A DNA stretch of 64,000 nt, taken from sequence record OR699282.2; one strand, given 5' to 3'. A program made the translations under genes and the position numbers. Positions 7,017 to 18,492 of this stretch are shown here, in pieces (the first letter of the stretch is position 1; each line of letters begins with the position of its first letter). The notes under the pieces are model-generated. The model saw only the letters and a program-made list of their open reading frames with translations. It was not told the origin of the DNA and searched no databases.

Positions 7017-9680
7017 ATGGCAGGAGATCTACTCTCACCTGGCGTTTCCATTTCAGTAACTGATGAAAGTATGAGTACCGCTGCTGCTCCTGGCACTGTA
7101 CCACTATTTGTAATCGCTACTGCTGAAGACAAACTTGTCCCAGGAAGCAGTGCAATAGCTGCGGGAACTACTAAAGCAAACGCTGGAAAACTACAGCTTC
7201 TAACATCACAAAAAAGCTCACTTGATACCTATGGTACACCAATTTTTCAAATGAATAACGGTTCTGTTGTTCAAGGTGATGAACTAAACGAATATGGCCT
7301 ACATGCAGTATATTCTTATCTAGGCATTACTAACCGTGCATATGTAATTCGTGCTGATATCGATCTAGCACAACTAGCACCAAGTGCTGAAGCACCAACT
7401 GGCCCAGTATCCAATGGTACTTTGTGGTTTGATACCGCACAATCACAAGTAGAAGCGTATGTAGCGAAGAAAGATAGTCCAAGCAGTTTTTATGATTGGC
7501 AACTTAAGCCAGTAACTATTGTAAGTGCTGAAGAAGTTGAAGATGTAAGTCTAGTAGGTTTAAATGTTGATGATTTAGTTCTACGTTACAAACCAAGCAA
7601 TGGTCAGATGCTAATGTATAAACGTTCTGCTTCTGGGCTAGTGCAAATGGAAACTTATCTATCACCAATTAACAAAGTTCCAGTTGGCTCAACTGTAGAA
7701 AAAGGTAACATTTGGATTCGTGATGGTTACACCCAAAATGGTTCAAACTATTTTGGTACTCGTTTTGTTATTAAACGTTATGCATCCCTAACTCAAGTTT
7801 GGAATATTGTACCAGCATATACTGGTAATTCATTCCAAGAAATTGAAGCGAAAAGTGGTGTACTAAACAATAGTTATATCGCATCTCGTTTTGATGAAGA
7901 TAGTAAGAGTTTCTCTTTCTATATTCAAAGTGCAAAACTAACAACAATTAGTGCTCCTGCTTTGCCACTTGGTGAAACTATTATTGAACAAGCAGGTGCT
8001 GATAGTTATATGACTTTTGTTTATTTGAATAAATCAGTTAAAGTACTAGCAGTTCCACAAGGCGGTGTTATTAATACCCAAACTATCATCAATAATCTAA
8101 ATGCAAATGCTGAAATTATTAACGATGGTTTTAAATTTAAACGTGAAACTAATGGTGGTTTAGTTGTTTCCAATACAAAAGGTTACAGTTTCAAAATCAC
8201 ACAAAGTGGTGATGATATTTTTGCTGAATCTGAACTACAAAAACTAACAGTAGATAGTAACAACTACTCTCTAATTAACGTGAATAACTTCCGTGTTAGT
8301 TATTCAGTACCACGTAGTGTAGCAAAAGAAGGAACTCTCTGGTATGATTTCGGGAACTCCGATAATCTAACTGTAACTATGTATGTTGCTGATGTTGCTA
8401 ATGATGAATGGGATCTAGTACAAGAAGAAAACAAATATGTACAAGTTGATGAACCAGCGGCTGACCGTTTAATTTGGGTTTGTCCTTTGTCTCAAGGCAT
8501 TGATGGTTATGATTTCTATCGTAACGTTGATGGTGAATGGGTTAAACTTGACAGTACTGATCAAAGTACACTAAATGGTATGATTTTCCAAGACTTTAAT
8601 TTCCCAAGCCAAGTTCCTGCTGCGGCATTGTATCAAAATGGTATGCTTGCAGTTGACCTAGGTAACACTGAAGGTGTTGTTAAGAAAATGGTTAATGGTC
8701 AATGGGAAGTTGTTAGTGGTGTAAGTCTTGATGGTGCTGGCCTATTTGGTCGTGCTGCACAACGTCAACTAGTAGTTGAAGCACTAGCTGCTGTTATTAT
8801 TGGTAATGATGACATTCGTTCTGAATTTATTGATTTTAACCTAATTTGTGTACCTGGTTACGTTGAAACACTTGATGAATGTGTAACTTTAAACACTGAT
8901 CGTAAAGAAACTGCATTTATTGTTACTGACGTTCCAGCACGTTTGAATCCAACTGGAAACGGTAGTGCTGTACAACAATGGGCTACTAATGCTAACAATG
9001 CACCAAGCAACGGTTCAGTTGGTCGTACAACTGCTTATGATTATGCTGCTCAGTATATGGGTTGGTGTCTAAGTACTAACGTTGATGGTGAAGAAGTTGC
9101 AGTTCCTGGTAGTACTATTGCAATGCGTACATATGCATACAGTGATAGTGTTAGTTATGTATGGTATCCACCTGCTGGTACAACTCGTGGTGTTGTAACA
9201 AACGCTGCAAGTACTGGTTTTATCAACAGCGAAGGTGAATATCAACCAGTAGTATACAACCAAGGTCAACGTGACGTTATGTATACTAACAACATTAACC
9301 CAATTGCAATGCGTCCTAACCGTGGTTTGCTTGTTTATGGAGATAAAACTCTATCTGCTAATCAAACTTCTGCACTAAGTCGTGTTAACGTTGCTCGTTT
9401 AGTTGTTTATATTCGTCGTCAACTAGAAATTATTTCCGAACCATTCCTATTCCGTTTGAATACTCCAAGTACTCGTCAGGAATTTAGTGGTGTAGTTAAT
9501 AGCTTCTTGGCTGAAATTGTTCAACAACAGGGTCTTTATAACTTCGCAGTGGTTTGTGATGAAAGTAACAACACCGCAGAGCGTATTGACCGTAATGAAC
9601 TTTGGATGGATATTGCAATTCAACCAACTAAGAGTATTAACTTCATTTACGTACCAATCCGTATCGAGAAAACTCAATAA
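7017..9680 (+). CDS. tail sheath protein (gp18-like), 887 aa
   Basis: N-terminal LLSPGVSISVTDES; C-terminal WYPPAGTTRG, RVNVARLVVYIRRQL, VVCDESNNTAERIDRNELWMDIAIQPTKSINFIYVPIRI. Confidence 0.95.
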   Translation: MAGDLLSPGVSISVTDESMSTAAAPGTVPLFVIATAEDKLVPGSSAIAAGTTKANAGKLQLLTSQKSSLDTYGTPIFQMNNGSVVQGDELNEYGLHAVYSYLGITNRAYVIRADIDLAQLAPSAEAPTGPVSNGTLWFDTAQSQVEAYVAKKDSPSSFYDWQLKPVTIVSAEEVEDVSLVGLNVDDLVLRYKPSNGQMLMYKRSASGLVQMETYLSPINKVPVGSTVEKGNIWIRDGYTQNGSNYFGTRFVIKRYASLTQVWNIVPAYTGNSFQEIEAKSGVLNNSYIASRFDEDSKSFSFYIQSAKLTTISAPALPLGETIIEQAGADSYMTFVYLNKSVKVLAVPQGGVINTQTIINNLNANAEIINDGFKFKRETNGGLVVSNTKGYSFKITQSGDDIFAESELQKLTVDSNNYSLINVNNFRVSYSVPRSVAKEGTLWYDFGNSDNLTVTMYVADVANDEWDLVQEENKYVQVDEPAADRLIWVCPLSQGIDGYDFYRNVDGEWVKLDSTDQSTLNGMIFQDFNFPSQVPAAALYQNGMLAVDLGNTEGVVKKMVNGQWEVVSGVSLDGAGLFGRAAQRQLVVEALAAVIIGNDDIRSEFIDFNLICVPGYVETLDECVTLNTDRKETAFIVTDVPARLNPTGNGSAVQQWATNANNAPSNGSVGRTTAYDYAAQYMGWCLSTNVDGEEVAVPGSTIAMRTYAYSDSVSYVWYPPAGTTRGVVTNAASTGFINSEGEYQPVVYNQGQRDVMYTNNINPIAMRPNRGLLVYGDKTLSANQTSALSRVNVARLVVYIRRQLEIISEPFLFRLNTPSTRQEFSGVVNSFLAEIVQQQGLYNFAVVCDESNNTAERIDRNELWMDIAIQPTKSINFIYVPIRIEKTQ

Positions 9681-9686
9681 AACACT

Positions 9687-9712
9687 AAGGGAACCTTTTG
9701 GTTCCCTTTTTT
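9687..9712 (+). terminator. intrinsic terminator
   Basis: AAGGGAACC-TTTT-GGTTCCCTT-TTTT after the sheath gene. Confidence 0.85.
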
Positions 9713-9759
9713 ATTGATTAAAATTAAATACCTTTATATTGATGTTATAAAGGAACATT

Positions 9760-10015
9760 ATGGATATGGAAGAAATACTAAAAAAAACAATACAAGATGT
9801 CAGTAAAATAGTTTTAACTCAGTTGGAATCAGTACACATACTAAATATATTTTTAAAAAATTTGGAAGATTGTCGGTATAATTGAAAAATACGAAGTATA
9901 CACAAATGGAAAATGGTCTATATCAGTAAACTATATTGACCACACTAAACGAAAAAGATACTTATATTGTGTTAATATTAATTGGTTCCCTGTTGATGAC
10001 ACTTTAGTTAATTAA
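9760..10015 (+). CDS. hypothetical protein, about 84 aa, needing a +1 frameshift at CGG 9874-9876
   Basis: AAGGA RBS, ATG 9760, MDMEEILKK...FLKNLEDC, then CGG, stop at 9883. The +1 frame GIIEKYEVYTNGKWSISVNY...DDTLVN ends with TAA at 10013-10015 and has no start codon of its own. Confidence 0.6.
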
Positions 10016-10075
10016 AAATATACTTCCAGATAGATAAATAATATAAAGATGTCATTCCATAATAGGAGAATATAA

Positions 10076-10762
10076 ATGGCTACAATGCTTGATCGATATG
10101 GCGTACCGCTCGCTGGCGGTGGTCGTATCTCTATGAAACAACCAAAAGCAAAATACAAATTTCGTGTTATTTTCTTTGGTTTTGGTACTAATGATGATGG
10201 TAATATGATTACACTAGACACCAATACAGTTGGGGCAGTATCTGTATCACATGAAAATGTCACTGTTCATAGTTACAACAGTTCTGCACACTATAAAGGT
10301 AAGTACACTTGGGATACAATTGATGTTGCTTTCCGTGACTCAGTAGGTAATGCTTCTGCTAAAGCACTATACAACCAAATGCGTAAAGAATTCAACTACT
10401 ACAGTCAAGAATCTCGCATGACTGATTCACAATTTAAATTCGAAATGTGGATTCAAGAACTTGATGGTTCTAATAGTGAAAATACAACAAACTTGTTTGA
10501 AGGAACATTGAGTACTTGGGTATGTCAAGGTTGCTTTATTGAATCCAGCAACTTTGGTGATTGGGATTATTCCTCAAGTGAAGCACAAGTTATTTCAATG
10601 ACTGTTCAACCAGATGGTTGTGCTAAATTGGGTCCAAATGGCGAAGCGTTCGGTGATGAAGTTAGTGGCTTCGGTAATCCATCAACTGCTACCTCTATTT
10701 CTGGTGCACAAACTAATATTAGTAGTACTACTCTACCAGATAGTAACTTCTACGAAAATTAA
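10076..10762 (+). CDS. tail tube protein 1 (gp19-like)
   Basis: QPKAKYKFRV, GKYTWDTIDVAFRD, GCFIESSNFGDWDYSSSE...ISMTVQPD; directly follows the sheath gene. Confidence 0.85.
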   Translation: MATMLDRYGVPLAGGGRISMKQPKAKYKFRVIFFGFGTNDDGNMITLDTNTVGAVSVSHENVTVHSYNSSAHYKGKYTWDTIDVAFRDSVGNASAKALYNQMRKEFNYYSQESRMTDSQFKFEMWIQELDGSNSENTTNLFEGTLSTWVCQGCFIESSNFGDWDYSSSEAQVISMTVQPDGCAKLGPNGEAFGDEVSGFGNPSTATSISGAQTNISSTTLPDSNFYEN

Positions 10763-10783
10763 TTTTATTTAAACTTAATATAT

Positions 10784-10811
10784 AGCCTCGAATCTATTCG
10801 GGGCTTTTTTT
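10784..10811 (+). terminator. intrinsic terminator
   Basis: AGCCTCGAA-TCTA-TTCGGGGCT-T6 after tube 1. Confidence 0.8.
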
Positions 10812-10857
10812 ATGCTAAATAAAGTATAATGCCTTATAAAATAAAAAAGAGGTTGCT

Positions 10858-11634
10858 ATGGCAAATAACATGATTAATAAATATGGCGTTCCTTTACCAT
10901 CGGGGCGTAATCGTTCAATGCTACAACCGAAAGCAAAATACAAGTTTCGTGTTATTGTGTATAATTTCGGTACTGATATAGATGAACGTGATCACATCGC
11001 ATTAGATGTTGATAAAATTGATAGACCTACTGTAACATTTAGTACTCATAAACTATATCAATTTACTACTAATACTTCCTATATAGGTAGTCATGATTGG
11101 GAACCAATTACAATATCTATCCGTGATTCAGTTGGTAATGCATCAGCAAAAGCATTATCACGCCAATTACAAAAACAACTTGACTTTCAACGCAGAATAA
11201 CTTCAAGAAGTGACCAAGATTATGGTTCTTATAAATTTGGTTTGGTTATACAGATGTTGAGTGGACGTAACTCAGATGATACACTAGGAAATCTAGGAAG
11301 AGATACTCTAGTAGATGCTGCAACTGCTGCAACAAATAATTCTGGCTTAGTAAATGCAGTAGATCAATTTATTGGTGGTTCTTCATATAACAGTGCTGGT
11401 GTTATGGAATACTTTGTTTTAACCGGATGTGTTATTCAAAACATATCATACGATTCATTAGATTATAGCTCAAGTTCTCCAGTTGAAATGGTAGTGACTA
11501 TCAAACCAGATAATTGTATACAATTTGATAATATTGAAGAAATGTATAGTACCAGAATTAATTCACTTTTACCTGAAAATGTCAATCAAGGTTTAGATAT
11601 CATTGATCGTGTTTTTGGTAGTGTAGGATTTTAA
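10858..11634 (+). CDS. tail tube protein 2 (paralog)
   Basis: Same QPKAKYKFRV, WEPITISIRDSVGNASAKAL and LDYSSS motifs as tube 1. Confidence 0.8.
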   Translation: MANNMINKYGVPLPSGRNRSMLQPKAKYKFRVIVYNFGTDIDERDHIALDVDKIDRPTVTFSTHKLYQFTTNTSYIGSHDWEPITISIRDSVGNASAKALSRQLQKQLDFQRRITSRSDQDYGSYKFGLVIQMLSGRNSDDTLGNLGRDTLVDAATAATNNSGLVNAVDQFIGGSSYNSAGVMEYFVLTGCVIQNISYDSLDYSSSSPVEMVVTIKPDNCIQFDNIEEMYSTRINSLLPENVNQGLDIIDRVFGSVGF

Positions 11635-11645
11635 GGAGATAATGA

Positions 11646-13753
<2,108 letters not shown>

Positions 13754-13780
13754 CTTAAACGACCTTATGGAGTTATTAAA

Positions 13781-14317
13781 ATGAATAGATTACAACAAAT
13801 CCTAACTGAAAAGAAACCAGTTTATGAATACCGAGTTAAGTTTGCAGTTGAACCAACACCTGAACAACTTAGTAAAGTAACACAGCGACTAATGGATCGC
13901 TATGATGCGTTTGAAATTGGAGCACTAAAGAAAACAATTTTTATGGAAAAACCATTAGATTTCTATGAATTAGATTGTGGTGAAATTTGGATGTTTGACT
14001 TTAAATGTCATCGTGGCGTTCAATCAAATGTACTAATGTATGAAATTGGCAATTTACTAAGCATGACAGAAGCATTGATTCGTGTTCGTAGTAAAGATGA
14101 ACCTCGTCAAATTGAAATGACTGATTTGGAAGATGATATCGATTTTGATGATGTTGATGAACCAGTTATTGGAGTGGATTTTGGCAAACCAGAAGACAGT
14201 TATGACTTAGCTGGACAACAACGTGCAGACACTGCCGTTGATGATGCAATTGAAGCATCGAAAAAAGACAATAAATACTCTCAATATATGAGTGCTGGTT
14301 TTGGTAAAAAGGATTAA
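13781..14317 (+). CDS. putative virion/head-associated hypothetical protein
   Basis: GGAG RBS, TAAATA at 13747; N-terminal ILTE motif; acidic C-terminus. Confidence 0.75.
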   Translation: MNRLQQILTEKKPVYEYRVKFAVEPTPEQLSKVTQRLMDRYDAFEIGALKKTIFMEKPLDFYELDCGEIWMFDFKCHRGVQSNVLMYEIGNLLSMTEALIRVRSKDEPRQIEMTDLEDDIDFDDVDEPVIGVDFGKPEDSYDLAGQQRADTAVDDAIEASKKDNKYSQYMSAGFGKKD

Positions 14318-14320
14318 CAC

Positions 14321-14863
14321 ATGAGTATACTTAATGAAATGTTAGATTATGAAGACAATGAGTTAAATGAAGCTCGTCCTTATAGTCGTTCACAAAGTGC
14401 AGTTGATAGTGCAAAAGGAAAAGTAAAAGGCTTTTTTGGTAGTGGACAGATTGAACAAGGTGCACAAGAAGTTGGTGCTGAAGCCAACCGCTTATGGGCA
14501 GAGTTTAAACGTTATGTTGGACGTAAATATGGTAAAGCTCAACCATCAGTACCTTACGCTGATGTGGCACAGTTTTTTAAAGGTAACAATCTTGATATTA
14601 AACATTTAGGGAACAATCCTCGTCGTTCTTTTACACCAAAAGATGTAGGTACTGCTCTATTAAATGCTGCTCGTGATATAATGAATGACTACCGTGACCA
14701 ACAAGGTGGCGAAGAAAGTTCAGAATCACAACCATCACAATCGACCTCAACTGAGCAACCAGCACAACAAGAACAACCAAAAGCACAAGGTTCCAGTATC
14801 CCTGATGCTCTACAAAAATTAAGTCCAGAGCAACGCGACCAACTGTTACGTATGCTTTCTTAA
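14321..14863 (+). CDS. putative internal head protein
   Basis: MSILNE...ELNEA motifs; Gln/Glu/Ser-rich linker. Confidence 0.7.
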   Translation: MSILNEMLDYEDNELNEARPYSRSQSAVDSAKGKVKGFFGSGQIEQGAQEVGAEANRLWAEFKRYVGRKYGKAQPSVPYADVAQFFKGNNLDIKHLGNNPRRSFTPKDVGTALLNAARDIMNDYRDQQGGEESSESQPSQSTSTEQPAQQEQPKAQGSSIPDALQKLSPEQRDQLLRMLS

Positions 14864-14876
14864 GGAGAATCAACAC

Positions 14877-16394
14877 ATGGATAATTTTTTCAGTACTGAA
14901 ACTACCACAGTTCCTAATGGATATGTATATACGTCACATACTGGTGCAAAATATGTATTTCTTGAAGGATTCTGGTTCAATGACAATAATATGTTAATGG
15001 TAGACCCTAGAAAATACCCATCCATGTACGCAAGTGCTCGACAACAGATTGTCGAGCACAATCTAGCTTCAAATGAATATAAGATTGGTAACAAATATAT
15101 TGTTGAAGGTAAAGAGTGTACATTTATTGGTGAAAACCGTTTCAATTCAAAAGATGGAATTCTATTAACTGAAAGTGAATTCATCACTGAATTAATGGCA
15201 GATGATCATCGAGTATATAATGTTTCTAAAGAAACACTACAAAAAGAATGGAATGCATTAAAATTTTACATTCTTCCACCATATGCTGATGATATATCAA
15301 TTCCAGCAGGTATGGAAGTAAGTGGTTTTAAATTTGTTCCAAAGAATCACCGTTTTGTTGATATGAAATCAGGCCGAGCAGTTGATCCAGCAATGACCCG
15401 TAAACTATCAGATGAAGGTATGCGTATTGCTCGTCAGTTAGCTTCTAAAAATAAACTAATTCCAATCAAATCAACCTTAGTACAAGGCAATACACGTTGT
15501 GAGTGGAATGGTAAAGAATTTTGTGATAATGATGGTAATGTAGTAATTCCAGAACAAAATGCACATGCAATTATTAATGCATATCAGCAATTTGTTAAGA
15601 ATAACCCAAGTGATTTTCCAACATTAACTGGTGAACAAGAACATAGTGAGCAACGTTTTGGTTCAGGTGAAAAGCCACAACAAGCTTCACAACCTGCTAA
15701 ACAGCCAGTATTTGCAACTAAAGAATCAATTAATGAAGCAGATGAAGAAATTGAAGAATTTGAAAGCATTACTGTTCCTGACGGTTATAGAATGACTTCT
15801 TCTAAAGGAAAAACATACGCTAAGAAAAATAACTTGTGGTATGATATCGAAAGTAAAAAGCAACTTAACACAAGTGCTTCTAAAAGTGTTGAACGAGCAG
15901 CACAGCGTGATATTTTCCGTCATAACAATTCCGGTGCTATGAAAATCGGTACAAAAGTTAAATCCAAACAAGGCAAAGAATATTCGTATGTTGGTGGTGA
16001 CAGATTCATTAGTGCTGATGGTAAGTTTATACCAAAAGCAACTGCTGCTAAATTACTTGCCAAATATGAACAAGATAAAGAAGTTAAAAGTGATGAAACA
16101 CCTGAAGTAGACTCTGGTACTGAGCAAATTCAATCAAAAGAAGAACCTAAGAAAGAACCAGAATCTGAACAAAAACCAGACGAAGTTTCTGAACCAGAAA
16201 CTAAATCTGAAACAATTGCTGGTGATGATGTACAATCATTAGCTTCTAAAATTAAAGAGTCACCTTATGCTAAAAAAATCACAGTACTACTAACTCGTGG
16301 TGATGAGGTTTCTCTACTTGCTGCTGACATTTTACTTTCAGGTAAAAAGGATGAAACAGTGCAAATTTTAAAATCATTAAATAATAATGATTGA
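14877..16394 (+). CDS. putative internal head protein with repeated small beta domains
   Basis: 505 aa; VPNGYVYTS and VPDGYRMTS repeat units; LLTE and SINE motifs. Confidence 0.75.
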   Translation: MDNFFSTETTTVPNGYVYTSHTGAKYVFLEGFWFNDNNMLMVDPRKYPSMYASARQQIVEHNLASNEYKIGNKYIVEGKECTFIGENRFNSKDGILLTESEFITELMADDHRVYNVSKETLQKEWNALKFYILPPYADDISIPAGMEVSGFKFVPKNHRFVDMKSGRAVDPAMTRKLSDEGMRIARQLASKNKLIPIKSTLVQGNTRCEWNGKEFCDNDGNVVIPEQNAHAIINAYQQFVKNNPSDFPTLTGEQEHSEQRFGSGEKPQQASQPAKQPVFATKESINEADEEIEEFESITVPDGYRMTSSKGKTYAKKNNLWYDIESKKQLNTSASKSVERAAQRDIFRHNNSGAMKIGTKVKSKQGKEYSYVGGDRFISADGKFIPKATAAKLLAKYEQDKEVKSDETPEVDSGTEQIQSKEEPKKEPESEQKPDEVSEPETKSETIAGDDVQSLASKIKESPYAKKITVLLTRGDEVSLLAADILLSGKKDETVQILKSLNNND

Positions 16395-16416
16395 TAACTA
16401 AAAGGATTTATTTAAA

Positions 16417-17397
16417 ATGGCTAAAAAAATTAATGAAGCACAAGTTAAAATCGATATCGCAGGTTTAGAATCTGATGATTTGGAAACTCTATCACGTATG
16501 TTAGCTCTTGCTGGTCAAGCTGAACGTCAAGACCCAGTAGTTGCTGCTCCAGTACCATCTATGGGGTCTATGACTCCATCTCTTCCACCTATTGCTCCAC
16601 TAGATCTCGATTCTATTGGTGCTGAAGAAGAAATTGGTGGAATTGAAACTTCAGTTGAAGACCCACTAGCAGCGGCAGTTGATGATCTTTCCGCTGATGT
16701 TGGTGATTTTGGTGCTGACACAGATGAAGTTAGTATGGATGCTGAATTTTCAGAACCAGGTGTAGAAGGTGAAGAAGATTTTTCTCTTGACCTTAGTGGT
16801 CAACCTCAACTAGAATCAGTTGAAGAAGACGATGAGGAAGAAGAGGAAATTATTGAAGAAGAATTCGATTTTAGTCGTATGCTATCCCTTGCTGGTATTA
16901 ACGAAGAAGAAGACGAAGATTTTTCCGTAGAGGGTAATCCTGCTACCGATAAAGAAATGAAAGATACCCAATTTCTACCAGATCTAAGTATCTCTGAAGA
17001 TGAAGAACCATCTAACAGTACTGATTATGGTCCATATGAAACAGAAGCTGATGCCGTTCGTGATGGTCAACTAAAGACTAATGGTGTTGAAGGTGACCAT
17101 TTTGTTGTAATTGCAAAAGGCAATCAATTTTATTGGAGACGTGTTGTAGATGAAGATCTTGACAATCGTCCAGAACCTGAGTATTATGATAATGAAGGGA
17201 ACGAAAATCGTGTTCATAAATTTGAACCAAAATTCCCAGGCACTGCATTAGGAGATAACCCACTAAATGTTAATGAAAGTGAAGAAGATGATTCACCTGA
17301 AGGTAACATTGACTTGGAAGATGATTCTGATGAAGAAGTAGAAGATATTTTTGAAAGTCTCCAAGAAAAATACAAGAAATTTTTAGGAGACAAATAA
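16417..17397 (+). CDS. highly acidic putative prohead core/scaffold-like protein
   Basis: MAKKINEA, GINE, SISE and NVNE motifs; very rich in Asp and Glu. Confidence 0.7.
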   Translation: MAKKINEAQVKIDIAGLESDDLETLSRMLALAGQAERQDPVVAAPVPSMGSMTPSLPPIAPLDLDSIGAEEEIGGIETSVEDPLAAAVDDLSADVGDFGADTDEVSMDAEFSEPGVEGEEDFSLDLSGQPQLESVEEDDEEEEEIIEEEFDFSRMLSLAGINEEEDEDFSVEGNPATDKEMKDTQFLPDLSISEDEEPSNSTDYGPYETEADAVRDGQLKTNGVEGDHFVVIAKGNQFYWRRVVDEDLDNRPEPEYYDNEGNENRVHKFEPKFPGTALGDNPLNVNESEEDDSPEGNIDLEDDSDEEVEDIFESLQEKYKKFLGDK

Positions 17398-17398
17398 T

Positions 17399-17794
17399 AT
17401 GCAATATAATTATCGTGAACTAGTTGAAGCGTTAGACGAAATTACCGGAAGAGATGAAGACGAAAGTTTTTCAGTTGAAGTTGAATCCGATGTTGTAGCA
17501 GTTGATGTTCTTAAGGATATTACCAAATGTCTTATTGATATTGTTGATAAGATTAAATCTGGTGAAGACCAAAAAGAAATTGTAGATAAACTACAAAAAG
17601 CCTGTGACATTTTGTCTGACATTCGATATAATGATGAAAGTACTGAAGTTGCTGATGAAGAAGTGTTGGAAGCCATTGCAGGTTGTTTTGGAACTGAAGG
17701 TATGGGACCAACAATTGACAAAGAAGGCGTACAACACTATAATGAGCCTGGTGCACCATCTTATGCTGCACGTCAAGGTTTTGTTGGAGACTAA
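17399..17794 (+). CDS. acidic hypothetical protein
   Basis: GGAGA RBS; starts 1 nt after the upstream stop; ELVE motif. Confidence 0.7.
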   Translation: MQYNYRELVEALDEITGRDEDESFSVEVESDVVAVDVLKDITKCLIDIVDKIKSGEDQKEIVDKLQKACDILSDIRYNDESTEVADEEVLEAIAGCFGTEGMGPTIDKEGVQHYNEPGAPSYAARQGFVGD

Positions 17795-17797
17795 TAT

Positions 17798-18178
17798 ATG
17801 TTTCCAGAACCATCACATAACAGTACTGAATATCAAAATAATGTACTTTCCAAAGTTAGGGAAGTACATGAATCAGATTCAGAAATAACAGACCGTATGC
17901 TTCTGATGTCAATTTTTGAAAATTTCAGAACTGGCGGTGGTTTACGTCTTAGCAAGTTTGGGTATGGAATTTGTAAAGAAAATAATCTTTATGAATTTAC
18001 AAAAATCCCCTTGCAAAGAGAATTTAAAAGTTCTATAATGTTTACATCACTTGACAGAATATGTACTTCACCTTATTATGTTGAAGGTCAGTACATATAT
18101 CTGACAGATGCAATGATAATAACTGAATTAACATTGTGTTGTGATGATTTTAAACAGTTATTTTCTATTCATATGTAA
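17798..18178 (+). CDS. hypothetical protein
   Basis: GGAGA RBS; GLRLSKFG...LDRICTSPYY pattern; last gene before the promoter cluster. Confidence 0.7.
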   Translation: MFPEPSHNSTEYQNNVLSKVREVHESDSEITDRMLLMSIFENFRTGGGLRLSKFGYGICKENNLYEFTKIPLQREFKSSIMFTSLDRICTSPYYVEGQYIYLTDAMIITELTLCCDDFKQLFSIHM

Positions 18179-18201
18179 GAAAAATGAATTAAAAATAAAT
18201 G

Positions 18202-18229
18202 TTGACAAGATAGAATGATGTGATACAAT
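18202..18229 (+). promoter_or_regulatory. sigma70-like promoter P1
   Basis: TTGACA, 16 nt, TACAAT with TG extension; A/T-rich UP region. Confidence 0.75.
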
Positions 18230-18295
18230 AAGCATCAGACATAAAGTTTTCAAGCGACACAAGATGTGAGTTTGAAAAAAAAAGAAAAAAAGTGA

Positions 18296-18323
18296 TTGAC
18301 AAGTTGAAACGATGTGATATAAT
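18296..18323 (+). promoter_or_regulatory. sigma70-like promoter P2
   Basis: TTGACA, 16 nt, TATAAT with TG extension; long A tract upstream. Confidence 0.8.
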
Positions 18324-18422
18324 GTTCACATCAAGACAGCAAAGAGATTTACCTTTTAAACACACGGATGATTCATGAAGTAACAAAGGAACTGATAAGT
18401 TAAATTATTTTAACACAGTTCC

Positions 18423-18451
18423 TTTACTTTTGCCCACGGATTGGCTATAAT
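18423..18451 (+). promoter_or_regulatory. sigma70-like promoter P3
   Basis: TTTACT, 17 nt, TATAAT, about 40 nt before the MoxR start. Confidence 0.6.
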
Positions 18452-18492
18452 AGAAACTTAAACGATTTTATCCAACAAAAGGAAATATATAC

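Noticed and set aside
9852-9858. -1 slippery heptamer T TTA AAA in the 9760 ORF
   Set aside because: The -1 frame hits TAA at 9879-9881; the long continuation is in the +1 frame.
18189-18386. 65-aa minus-strand ORF in the promoter cluster
   Set aside because: It runs through plus-strand promoters and A tracts (LFFLFFS from poly-A); not protein-like.
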